A stretch of 64,000 bases of DNA from an uncultured Rivularia sp. (GTDB lineage Bacteria > Cyanobacteriota > Cyanobacteriia > Cyanobacteriales > Nostocaceae): contig OY762007.1 of NCBI GenBank assembly GCA_963665115.1, forward strand, positions 448,001 to 512,000, read 5' to 3'. The notes under the pieces were generated by a model that was not told where the DNA came from, searched no databases, and was given only the letters and a program-made list of their open reading frames with translations. Positions 53,780 through 63,801 of the stretch are shown here, in pieces. Each line of letters opens with the position of its first letter. The stretch's first letter is position 1. The translations under genes were made by a program, and so were the position numbers.

Positions 53780-55279
53780 CTACGAATTATCCCCCACCTC
53801 TTCCGCTTGCTGATGAATTATTTCCAATTCTTCGGGAGACATCTTATCAAGATTCCTCAATATAAAATTCATCCTTCCCTCATTCTTCAATTTATCTCGA
53901 TGTCGGTTGAGAAAATCCCAATATAAATAGTTGAAGGGACAAGCTTTTTCTCCGGTACGTTGGGAATGCTTGTAAAAACAACTTTTACAATAATCGCTCA
54001 TCTTATTAATATAGTTGGCAGATGCTGCATAAGGTTTTGATGCGAGTAAACCACCATCTGCATATTGCCCCATTCCTATAACGTTGGTTTGCATTACCCA
54101 ATCGTAAGCATCTATAAATGCTGCATGAAACCAGTTTTCTAATTCTTGCGGTGATATTCCGGCAATTAAGCCAAAGTTATTTAGTACCATCAATCTTTGA
54201 ATATGATGGGCGTAACCTGTATCCATCACCTGGGTTAATATTTGATGCAGGCAGTTCATTTTGGTTTCACCATTCCAAAAAAATTCTGGTAATGGTTTAT
54301 GATGTTCAAACCAATTCTGCTGGGAATAATCTGCATCGACATGATGATAAATCCCGTGCATATATTCTCTCCATCCCAGCACCTGACGAATGAATCCTTC
54401 GACACTATTTAATGCAAGTTGATTTTCGTAATACGCTGCTTCTGCTGCTTGAATAATTTCTAAGGGTTGTAGTAAACCAATATTAATATAGGGAGAAAGC
54501 ATAGCGTGCCACATTGTTTCCTCTCCCGTTACCATCGCATCTTGATATGGTCCAAAATCTGGTAAACGAATCTCGATAAAATATTTTAGTACTTTTAATG
54601 CTTGTTTGCGAGTTACTCCCCAACGAAATTCTTTTAAGTCTCCATAAGTTGGGATATCAAGGGAGTTAACTTGTTGAATTACTTCTTTCGTAATTTTATC
54701 AGGTTCAAACCATAAAGGCTCTGGAGTATTTAATTTACCTTTGGGTGGTTTGCGATTTTCCTTATCAAGATTCCATTTTCCCCCAACAGGGCGATCGCCT
54801 TCCATTAAAATATCAAAGCGTTTTCTTCCTTCTCTGTAAAAGTCTTCCATTAATAAACGTTTGCGATTTTTAGCCCATTGATGAAAATCTTCAGTACTCC
54901 ATAAAAATTGATTGTTGGGAAGCAGAGTTATATCGCAAGGTAATTTTAAATTTTCGATTATTTGCAGAAAAGGTTTGTCATTGGGAGACATTATTTGTAA
55001 TTCGTCAATTTGATTTTCTTTTACCCATGTAAGCAGGGGAGTTTGAAAATCTTCGGCGATTTCGTAAGTTACTGAATAACTTTGTTGACGTAATTCTTCT
55101 GCAAAATGACGCATTGCCGACCAAATTAATACTAATTTTTGTTTGTGATATTTAATTTGTTTGATGTGGGAGTAGGATTCGATGAAGATAATTTCTGCTT
55201 CTGAAGGATTGTTGCAAGTTTGTAAAGCTGATTGGGTTAAATATAGTTGATCGCCTAATATCCAGATTCCTGTTGTCAT
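53780..55279 (-). CDS. Cryptochrome/photolyase, FeS-BCP (PhrB/CryB-like) class
   Basis: ILGDQL, HKQKL..SAMRHFA, FGPYQDAM, YAHHIQRLM, KPYAAS, Fe-S cysteines MNCL / DYCKSC / ACPF. Confidence 0.9.
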   Translation of the reverse strand: MTTGIWILGDQLYLTQSALQTCNNPSEAEIIFIESYSHIKQIKYHKQKLVLIWSAMRHFAEELRQQSYSVTYEIAEDFQTPLLTWVKENQIDELQIMSPNDKPFLQIIENLKLPCDITLLPNNQFLWSTEDFHQWAKNRKRLLMEDFYREGRKRFDILMEGDRPVGGKWNLDKENRKPPKGKLNTPEPLWFEPDKITKEVIQQVNSLDIPTYGDLKEFRWGVTRKQALKVLKYFIEIRLPDFGPYQDAMVTGEETMWHAMLSPYINIGLLQPLEIIQAAEAAYYENQLALNSVEGFIRQVLGWREYMHGIYHHVDADYSQQNWFEHHKPLPEFFWNGETKMNCLHQILTQVMDTGYAHHIQRLMVLNNFGLIAGISPQELENWFHAAFIDAYDWVMQTNVIGMGQYADGGLLASKPYAASANYINKMSDYCKSCFYKHSQRTGEKACPFNYLYWDFLNRHRDKLKNEGRMNFILRNLDKMSPEELEIIHQQAEEVGDNS

Positions 55280-55492
55280 GATTTGTGGTTGTAGTTTTGT
55301 TTTTTAAGTATAGGTAGGGAAGTTATACAATTTACTTTTATATTACGGATTATAAAACCGCAGAGAGCGCAGAGAGCGCTGAGGGAAGATAGTAAGAGAG
55401 AAATGGTTTGTTTTAAAGTGGGAATATTAAAAAATGAATTAAACAAAAGGTAAGAACAAGCTTTAGAATATGGTTAATGGAGGATAAAAATA

Positions 55493-56122
55493 ATGGTAAG
55501 TCTAAAAGAACTCATAGAAGAGCCAGAAGACAGTTTCGCTGACGATCCAGAGGAGCGGTTAACTGTTAGTGGTGTAAGTTGGGAGAGTTTTGAAAGACTG
55601 TTAAACAAGTTAGAAGATAATTCGCATTACCGTGTCACTTACCTAGATGAAATATTAGAAATAGTGTCCCCCTCACAAAAACATGAAACGGTTAAATCTC
55701 GTATAGGTTTTCTTTTAGAGTTTTATTTCTGTGCGAAAGGAATAAAACACATCTCAATGGGAAGCACTACCGTCAAAAATCGCTTAAAAAAAGCTGGAGC
55801 AGAACCGGATGAATGTTACTGCATAAGCGAGAAGAAGGATATACCAGATTTAGCTATAGAAGTAACTATTACCAGTGGTAGTATCAAGAAATTAGAAACT
55901 TATCGTCGTTTGGGAGTGAAGGAGGTTTGGTTGTGGAAGAACAACCAACTTAACTTATACTATCTGCGTGAAGAAACTCCGAAAGATTTTGCTGATACCT
56001 ACGGATACGAAAAAATACAATCCTCGATTATTGTCCCCGAACTAAATATTGACTTTTATACTGAATGCATTTTAATCCCAGATCAAGTAGAAGCATGGAC
56101 TCGTTTTCAACAAGGAATATAG
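55493..56122 (+). CDS. Uma2 family (PD-(D/E)xK) endonuclease
   Basis: VSWESF, SPSQKHE, EPDECY, PDLAIEV, YRRLGVKEVW. Confidence 0.9.
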   Translation: MVSLKELIEEPEDSFADDPEERLTVSGVSWESFERLLNKLEDNSHYRVTYLDEILEIVSPSQKHETVKSRIGFLLEFYFCAKGIKHISMGSTTVKNRLKKAGAEPDECYCISEKKDIPDLAIEVTITSGSIKKLETYRRLGVKEVWLWKNNQLNLYYLREETPKDFADTYGYEKIQSSIIVPELNIDFYTECILIPDQVEAWTRFQQGI

Positions 56123-56493
56123 TGACGTAAAATTTTACTTGTCTACAACCAGTCTTCACAATCGCCTAAGAATTTATTCTCAGGCTAATAAACAAAGTTG
56201 TCTAAAGACGACTGGAAAATACTTTTAGTTGACATTAGTTGTGGCTGTATATTTGCTGTATGTATAAATTTTTATAAATAGTTGATTTTTTAGTTCTATT
56301 TTAAATATTTATAACTTTATCAAAGTGATTCATTGACTTCGATGTTATTCTTTCTATCAATTTGTTAGTTTTATTTATTTGAAGAGCATTTCAGTTAAAA
56401 AAGTTTACAAATCGCTCTTATGAAATTACTTAATCTCAAGCTGTAATTTAGATAATGCGTATTTATCATTAATTATTTATCTACCCATATAGC

Positions 56494-58557
56494 ATGAATC
56501 AGTATTCTTTAATTGGAAAAAAACTGCGCGATCGCTACCAAATTCTCGAAAAGATAGGAGAGGGGGGATTTGGAGATACTTATCGAGCGATTGATTTCGA
56601 TTTACCAGGGGAGCCGGTATGTGTCGCTAAACATTTTAAGCCCAAGAATCCCCATCCTGCGGTATTAGAAATTGCGAAGGATAAGTTTAACCAAGAGGCA
56701 CAAACTTTATATCGGTTGGGTAATGCTAACAAGCAAATCCCCAGTTTATTTGCTCATTTTGAAGAAAATGGGCAATTTTATTTGGTTCAGGAATTTGTTG
56801 ATGGGTATGACTTAACGAAAGAAGTTCTTTCAGGTAATCCCAAAAAAGAGCAAGAGGTATTGCAACTTTTAAAGGAAATTTTGGAGGTGTTGGCGTTTGT
56901 ACATCAGCAAAACGTTATCCACCGGGATATTAAACCGCAGAATATTATGCGCCGCAAAGATGGCAAGATAGTCTTGATTGATTTTGGGGCTGTTAAGGAA
57001 ATTGCTGGTTTAGGTGTCAATCCCCAAGAAATTTCTCAAACTGTTGCAATCGGAACTCCCGGTTATATGCCTCGCGAACAACAATCTGGTTATCCCAATT
57101 TCAGCAGCGATATCTATGCAGTAGGAATTATTGGTTTTCAGGCTTTAACTGGTTTATATAGAAATCCGCTAGAGCTACCGCAAGATTATCATACCAAAGA
57201 GTTGTATTGTGCTTTGTTCCCATGCGAGGTTAGCCCAGCTTTTGCGGAGATATTAGACAAAATGGTGCGTTATGACAATCTTCAGCGTTACAAAAATGCT
57301 GCTGTTGCCCTAGAAGCCGTAAATAATTTACTAAATTTAGAACAGACAACAACGGTAGTTGTACCGTCACCAAACTTAAACACAACTGTACAGGAAAATC
57401 GAAATTATATAAGAAGCAATACTTCCATTCAAACAGAACCTTCTTTGTTTCAGAAAATTATCGGATTTTTCCGGGATTTATTGAGCGATGAACCGGAATT
57501 TCCACCAACTGTTGTCTCCAATCCTACTGTTAATAGTAATAGTTATGAGCAACCGGAAGGACAAGTAAGCCTTGATTCTGCTTTTTATATCGCACGCCCA
57601 CCGATTGAAAATGACTGTTATGAAACGATTTTACAACCGGGGGCGTTGATTCGCATCAAAGCACCGCGTCAAATGGGGAAAACTTCTCTGTTGTCGCGGA
57701 CTTTGGATTATGCCAAAAAGCAAGGTTGCCAAGCTGCATATTTAAATTTGCAATCCGCTGATGCAGAGTTTCTCGATAGCTTAGATAAATTCTTGCAGTG
57801 GTTTTGCGGTAGCATTGCCCAAGAGCTTACCTTGAAGGATAAATTAGCCGAACATTGGCAGGGTGTGCTGGGTAGTAAAAATAAGTGTACGAATTACTTT
57901 CAAAGATATTTGCTATCAGAAATTAAAAGCCCGGTGGTTTTGGGCTTGGATGAAGTAGACCAAATTTTTCAGCATCCGCAAGTAGCAGCAGAATTTTTCG
58001 GTTTGTTGCGAGCTTGGCACGAAAAGTCCAAGAATCAAGCAACTTGGCAAAAATTAAGATTGGCGATCGCCCATTCCAAGGAAGTTTACATCCCCTTAAA
58101 TATCAATCAGTCGCCGTTTAATGTCGGCTTACCTATTGAGTTACCGGAGTTTAACCAGTCGCAGGTTAAGGATTTAGTACAAAGATATCATTTGGATTGG
58201 GGAGAGGAAGAAATTAAGCAACTGATGGCAATGGTAGGTGGACATCCTTATTTAGTGCGGAAGTCGTTGTATGAAATTGCCCGCGACAGAATTAGCTTGT
58301 CACAGTTTTTACAGATTGCGCCCACGGAACAAGGAATGTTTAGCGACCATTTGCGCCGTCATTTGTCGAATTTAAGGGAGGATGACGGGTTAGTATCAGC
58401 GATGAAATAAGTAATTACCGAAAACAATCCCGTAAGGTTAGATACGAATTCGGGCTTTAAATTACGCAGTATGGGCTTGGTGAGGTTTCAAGGAAATGAT
58501 GTCATACCTTTGTGCGATTTGTATCGTTTGTATTTCCAGGAGCATTTAAAAGGCTGA
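56494..58557 (+). pseudogene. Ser/Thr kinase fused to an AAA_35 NTPase, with premature TAA at 58408
   Basis: GEGGFG, HRDIKPQN, DFG; KAPRQMGKT, LGLDEVD, SPFNVG, GGHP; the frame continues past TAA as VITENNPVRLDTNSGFKLRSMGLVRFQGNDVIPLCDLYRLYFQEHLKG*. Confidence 0.88.
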
Positions 58558-58568
58558 TGAGTGGAATT

Positions 58569-58595
58569 GTAGAGACGTAGCATTGCTACGTCTCT
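58569..58595. repeat. GTAG-type REP palindrome (second copy at 10-34)
   Basis: GTAGAGACGTAGCATTGCTACGTCTCT versus GTAGAGACGTAGCACTGCTACGTCT. Confidence 0.8.
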
Positions 58596-58692
58596 CCGGA
58601 TTTAGGCCATAAACGAACCAATCAAAAATCCGAAATCCCGCGAAGACAATTAGTAGTTAAAATCCCACATAACAATCTCTAAAAAAGATGCC

Positions 58693-61600
58693 ATGAGTCA
58701 AACAAGTTTACCTTCATACCAATATCAAGTAGGGGGAAGTCTACCAACTAACGCTCTTACCTATGTGAAAAGAAAGGCTGATGATGAATTATATCAAGCT
58801 TTGAAAAATGGTGAGTTCTGCTATGTGTTGAACTCCCGACAAATGGGAAAATCAAGTTTGCGGGTGCAAACTATGCAACGTTTGCAGGATGAAGGTTTTG
58901 CCTGTGTGGCGATTGATATTACAAATATTGGTACGGCGGATATTACTTTAGAACAATGGTATGCGGGAATAATTGATAGTGTTATTAATAGTTTGGAGCT
59001 TTACGATAACTTTGATTTAAATGATTGGTGGATGCAGCAAGGTTTGCTGTCTCCGGTGAATAAGTTAAGTAAGTTTTTTGAATCGGTTTTATTAAAATTA
59101 ATTTCACAGAAGATTGTAATTTTTATCGATGAAATTGATAGTGTTTTAAGTTTAAATTTCCCCGTTGATGATTTTTTCGCTTTGATTCGGGAATGTTATA
59201 ACAGTCGCGCTTCTCAACCAGATTATCAACGGTTGACTTTTGCTTTGTTGGGGGTGACGACTCCCAGCGATTTAATTCAAGATAAGCGCCGCACCCCGTT
59301 TAATATTGGTAGAGCGATTGAATTGACTGGTTTTGAGTTGGCAGAAGCGGAACCATTAGCGCAAGGTTTAGCGAAGAAAACTAGTCAGGCGATCGCCGTG
59401 ATGGATGCGGTATTGTATTGGACTGGGGGACAACCTTTTCTCACCCAAAAGCTGTGTAAGTTGATTTTGAATCATCATGGTGTGATTCCGGAGGATGGAA
59501 TTAACGAATGGGTAGGGCATTTGGTGCAATCTGGGGTAATTGATAACTGGGAAGCACAAGATGAACCGGAGCATTTAAGGACGATTCGGGACAGGATTTT
59601 ACGGGGTGGTGGACAATTGACGGTAAGGTTATTGGCGATATATAAAGAAGTACTTGAAGGGGAAAACCTCTCTCCTACAAGCACAGAGGCTTTAGATGTT
59701 CCCCCTTCCCTTGCAGGGAAGGGGGTTAGGGGGTTAGGTCAGAGTGTGCGAACTGCCGATACACCCGAACAAGTGTATTTACGGTTGTCGGGATTGGTGG
59801 TAGAGCAGCAGGGGAATCTCAGAGTTTATAACCACATTTATGAATCGATTTTTAATTTAAATTGGGTCGATCAAGAATTAAAAAACCTCCGTCCCGATTT
59901 TTATGCTACAGCTTTCGAGGCTTGGGTTGAGTCCGATTATGAAGATAATTCGCATTTATTGCGGGGACAACAACTTGGTGATGCTTTAGCATGGGCGGAA
60001 GGAAGAAGTTTAAGCAATCAAGATTATCGGTTTATTACAGCCAGTCAAAAATGGGAATTTGAGCAAGCACAGCAAGCAACAACACAGGCACTCAAAGAAG
60101 CGGAGGAAGCACGGGAAGCGACGAAGTTAGAAAGATTGGGAAATTTAGCCTTGCGGCAGTTTGAATACAACCCAACACCACAGGTAGTAGCAACAGCTAT
60201 GGAAGCCGGAACAAGGCTAAAAGCACTAGTAAAAGATGGACGACCTTTAGAAAAATACCCCACCACTAGTCCTGTGTTGGCTTTAAATACTGTTCTTGAT
60301 ATCCCCAAACGTAAAACGCTCAGAGGGCATGAGGGTGGAGTTATCCATGCCGACTTTAGCCCCAGCGGACAGCGGATTGTGACTTTCTTAGCATTTGTGT
60401 TAGGTAAAACTAAAGATGATACCGCTTTTAGCTCTAACAGACAGCGGATTGTCACTGCATCTGCGGACGGAACAGCAAAAGTGTGGGACATCAATGGTCA
60501 ACTGCTGCAAACACTCAAGGGGCATCAAGGTTCTGTCAGATATGCCGCCTTTAGCCCCGACGGCAAGCGGATTGTCACTGCATCTGCGGACGGAACAGCA
60601 AAAGTGTGGGACATCAATGGTCAACTGCTGCAAACACTAAAGGGGCATCAGAGTTCGGTCGGAAATGCTGCCTTTAGCCCCGACGGCAAGCGGATTGTGA
60701 CCGCATCTAGGGACAAAACAGCGAAAGTGTGGAACATTAACGGTCAACTGCTGCAAACATTCAAGGGGCATCAGAGTTCGGTCAAACATACCGCCTTTAA
60801 TTGGGTTCATGCCGCCTTTAGCCCTGACGGACAGCGGATTGTCACTGCATCTATGGACGGAACAGCGAAGGTGTGGAACATCAACGGTAAACTATTGCAA
60901 ACCCTCAAGGGACATCAGGATTTTGTCTCCCATGCTGTTTTTAGTCCCGATGGACAACGGATTATCACTTCATCTGCGGACGGAACAGCGAAGGTGTGGA
61001 ACATCAACGGTAAACTATTGCAAACCCTCAAGGGGGGGCATCAGAGTTGGGTTTATGCCGCCTTTAGCCCCGACGGCAAACGTATTATCACTGCATCCAG
61101 TGATAAAACAGCAAAGGTGTGGGACATCAATGGTCAACTGCTGCAAACCCTCAGTGGGCATCAACGTTCTGTCCACGATGCGGCTTTTAGCCCCGACGGA
61201 CATAGGATTGTGACTGCATCTGCGGACGGAACAGCAAAAGTGTGGGACATTAATGGTCAACTATTGCAAACACTCAGTGGACATCAAGATGAAGTCAAAT
61301 ATGCCGCCTTTAGTCCCGATGGCAAGCAGATTGTGACTGCATCTACGGACGGAACAGCAAAAGTGTGGGAAATCAACAGTGAACTGCTGCCAACCCTTAA
61401 TGGGCATCAGAGTTGGGTCAATCATGCCGCCTTTAGCTCCGACGGCAAGCGGATTGTTACTGCATCAAGTGATAATACAGCAAAGGTGTGGGACATCAAC
61501 GGTCAACTGTTACAAACCCTCAACGGGCATCAGTCTGGGATCAGATATGCCGCCTTTAGCCCCGATGGACAGCGGATTCTCACTGCATCAGATGATAAAA

Positions 61601-62523
61601 CAGCAAAGGTGTGGGACATCAACGGTCAACTGTTGCAAACCCTCAACGGGCATCAGAGTTGGGTTTGGGATGCCGCCTTTAGCCCCGACGGACATAGGAT
61701 TGTGACTGCATCTACGGACGGAACAGCAAAAGTATGGGACATCAACGGTCAATTGCTGCAAACACTCAAGGGGCTTCAAGGTTCTGTCAGATATGCCGCC
61801 TTTAGCCCCGACGGACAGCGGATTATTACTGTTATATTCAACGAGTACATTATTAGCGAAGGAAGTATCACGATTTTCAAGATTGACCATAATACAGCGC
61901 AAGTATGGGATATCAATGGTCAACTGCTGCAAACCCTCAACGGGCATGAAGTTGAAGTCTACCATGCCGCTTTTAACCCCGACAGCAAGCGGATTGTCAC
62001 TGCATCTAAGGACGGAACAGCAAAAGTGTGGGACATTAACGGTCAACTGTTGCAAACCCTCAAAGGGCATCAGTATGATGTCAGATATGCCGCCTTTAGT
62101 CCCGATGGACAGCGGATTCTCACTGCATCAGATGATAAAACAGCAAAGGTGTGGGACATTAACGGTCAATTACTACAAACACTCTATGGGCATCAGAATT
62201 CGGTTGGATATGCCGCCTTTAGCCCCGATGGCAAGCGGATTGTAACTACATCAAGTGATAATACAGCAAAGGTGTGGGACATCAACGGTCAACTGCTGCA
62301 AACCCTTAAGGGACATCAGAGTTCTGTCTGCCATGCGGCTTTTAGCCCCGACGGCAAGCGGATTGTCACTGCATCAATTGATAATACAGCGAAAGTCTGG
62401 CAGTTGGAAAGTTTAGATAAATTGCTGGCGCGAGGGTGCGATTTGTTGGAGGATTATTTCGTTGATAATCCGGAGGCTAGGGAGAGAACGGGATGCGCTC
62501 AGAAGTTAGGAGTTGGGAGTTAG
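58693..62523 (+). CDS. AAA_35 NTPase with highly internally conserved WD40 repeats (no TM)
   Basis: YQVGGSL, NSRQMGKS, IFIDEID, TPFNIG, WTGGQP; about 16 near-identical 41-aa repeats GHQ..V..AAFSPDG.RIVTAS.D.TAKVWDINGQLLQTL. Confidence 0.93.
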   Translation: MSQTSLPSYQYQVGGSLPTNALTYVKRKADDELYQALKNGEFCYVLNSRQMGKSSLRVQTMQRLQDEGFACVAIDITNIGTADITLEQWYAGIIDSVINSLELYDNFDLNDWWMQQGLLSPVNKLSKFFESVLLKLISQKIVIFIDEIDSVLSLNFPVDDFFALIRECYNSRASQPDYQRLTFALLGVTTPSDLIQDKRRTPFNIGRAIELTGFELAEAEPLAQGLAKKTSQAIAVMDAVLYWTGGQPFLTQKLCKLILNHHGVIPEDGINEWVGHLVQSGVIDNWEAQDEPEHLRTIRDRILRGGGQLTVRLLAIYKEVLEGENLSPTSTEALDVPPSLAGKGVRGLGQSVRTADTPEQVYLRLSGLVVEQQGNLRVYNHIYESIFNLNWVDQELKNLRPDFYATAFEAWVESDYEDNSHLLRGQQLGDALAWAEGRSLSNQDYRFITASQKWEFEQAQQATTQALKEAEEAREATKLERLGNLALRQFEYNPTPQVVATAMEAGTRLKALVKDGRPLEKYPTTSPVLALNTVLDIPKRKTLRGHEGGVIHADFSPSGQRIVTFLAFVLGKTKDDTAFSSNRQRIVTASADGTAKVWDINGQLLQTLKGHQGSVRYAAFSPDGKRIVTASADGTAKVWDINGQLLQTLKGHQSSVGNAAFSPDGKRIVTASRDKTAKVWNINGQLLQTFKGHQSSVKHTAFNWVHAAFSPDGQRIVTASMDGTAKVWNINGKLLQTLKGHQDFVSHAVFSPDGQRIITSSADGTAKVWNINGKLLQTLKGGHQSWVYAAFSPDGKRIITASSDKTAKVWDINGQLLQTLSGHQRSVHDAAFSPDGHRIVTASADGTAKVWDINGQLLQTLSGHQDEVKYAAFSPDGKQIVTASTDGTAKVWEINSELLPTLNGHQSWVNHAAFSSDGKRIVTASSDNTAKVWDINGQLLQTLNGHQSGIRYAAFSPDGQRILTASDDKTAKVWDINGQLLQTLNGHQSWVWDAAFSPDGHRIVTASTDGTAKVWDINGQLLQTLKGLQGSVRYAAFSPDGQRIITVIFNEYIISEGSITIFKIDHNTAQVWDINGQLLQTLNGHEVEVYHAAFNPDSKRIVTASKDGTAKVWDINGQLLQTLKGHQYDVRYAAFSPDGQRILTASDDKTAKVWDINGQLLQTLYGHQNSVGYAAFSPDGKRIVTTSSDNTAKVWDINGQLLQTLKGHQSSVCHAAFSPDGKRIVTASIDNTAKVWQLESLDKLLARGCDLLEDYFVDNPEARERTGCAQKLGVGS

Positions 62524-62584
62524 GAAATTAAAATAAATAATTGCTAGAGTAAAGCTACTTTTATTAAGTAAGAACGGATAACTA

Positions 62585-62842
62585 ATTAATATCTAACTCA
62601 AACCCGAACATCAGCAATTTATCCAAGCACAAATGGCTAGCGGTAGATTTACTAATGCAGATGATGTTATCGATGAAGCATTTAAGTTGCTAGAAGAAAG
62701 AGAAAGAAGGTTAGAGGAATTACGTCAGAAAATTGCTGTTGGAACCCGAGAGATTGAACAAGGACGAGTTACGGATGGTGAGGTAGTTTTTGCACGGTTG
62801 CAAGAAAAAATACGGAAGATTGCCGAGGAATCGGAAGGATGA
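62585..62842 (+). pseudogene. ParD-family antitoxin with damaged 5' end
   Basis: ASGRFTNADDVIDEAFKLLE...LRQKIAVG; the upstream frame reads ATT AAT ATC TAA CTC AAA CCC GAA CAT (I-N-I-*-LKPEH), i.e. a lost start and a stop codon. Confidence 0.75.
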
Positions 62843-63112
62843 GCAATTCAAGATTTAGATGATATATGTGAATATATCGCTCGTCGTAATTCTAAAGCTG
62901 CTAGCAAGCTTTTTGATGATATACGTAAAAAGTGTAAGTTAATCGCTGATTTTCCGAGCATGGGGAAAAGTTATGAAAGACTAGTACCAACTTTACGCGG
63001 ATTTATTGTAGATGATTATATTGTATTTTATTATCCGAAAGAAGATGGAATTAATGTGACTCGTGTATTAAGCGGTTTTAGAGATTTGGAATCATTATTT
63101 TCTGATGAGTGA
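62839..63112 (+). pseudogene. ParE/RelE-family toxin with 5' frameshifting deletion (absent from the ORF track)
   Basis: ATG AGC AAT overlaps the ParD stop; out-of-frame body IQDLDDICEYIARRNSKAASKLF...FPSMGK...YIVFYYP...RVLSGFRDLESLF. Confidence 0.8.
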
Positions 63113-63262
63113 TTATAAAATCTCTATGACTAAAGTCATGAGTAAAAACATGATTTTATCCATATATATATGATGAGTATTCATGACTTTCTCTTCATGT
63201 GTATGTCGCAGTTTGCTTTTTATGATGGTAGATATCAAAGCCAATAAACCGAAATATTTATC

Positions 63263-63772
63263 ATGTTGAATTTACAATCTACATCTGCTGTAAAAACTCC
63301 AAATATTCAAAGCTTTTTTACTTTTATTGATAATTTTGCTGAATCTAGGGGTGCTAGCGTACCTCAAATTATAGAGATAGAAAAATTACGTTCTTTTCCT
63401 AAAGGAAGTTTTGGTAAAGCTTGGGCTGATTTTCTGCTCGGAAATAATTTACAACCTTTAACTACTGGTTTTCGTCGCAAACAATTACATGATGGGATTC
63501 ATGTTTTAACTGGTTATGACAGTAGCCCAATTGGTGAAGCTGAATTACAAGCTTTCTTATTAGGAGCAAAGTTTGGTTTGCTTAATTTACTTATAGGTGT
63601 TGGATTACTAAGAGTGATTCGTAAACGCTTACCAAATCAAACTCAAGTTAAAGAAAAAATTTGGAAAGCTTATCAACGTGGCAAAAGTTGTAATTTCAAT
63701 CCAGATACATGGGAACCGGAGTTACTTTGGGATTTACCTTTGGAGGAAGTGAAGGCTATGTTTTGCGTTTAA
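63263..63772 (+). CDS. Coq4-family protein
   Basis: FPKGSFGKAW, QLHDGIHVLTGY...GEAELQAF (HDxxH...E motif). Confidence 0.8.
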   Translation: MLNLQSTSAVKTPNIQSFFTFIDNFAESRGASVPQIIEIEKLRSFPKGSFGKAWADFLLGNNLQPLTTGFRRKQLHDGIHVLTGYDSSPIGEAELQAFLLGAKFGLLNLLIGVGLLRVIRKRLPNQTQVKEKIWKAYQRGKSCNFNPDTWEPELLWDLPLEEVKAMFCV

Positions 63773-63801
63773 TTTGATTAACTAATTAAAAAAATAAATT
63801 A

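Larger units (their letters stand above)
2987..59395. repeat. Dispersed HIP1 octamer GCGATCGC (more than 15 copies seen)
   Basis: Copies near 2987, 8287, 11980, 13579, 14519, 15057, 19500, 19925, 28353, 29852, 33014, 33815, 39493, 43641, 47468, 50364, 54791, 58063 and 59388 (positions approximate, counted by eye). Confidence 0.85.

Noticed and set aside
60045..62245. Several alternative-frame ORFs inside the WD40 array
   Set aside because: Shadow ORFs of the repeats with no independent coding signal.
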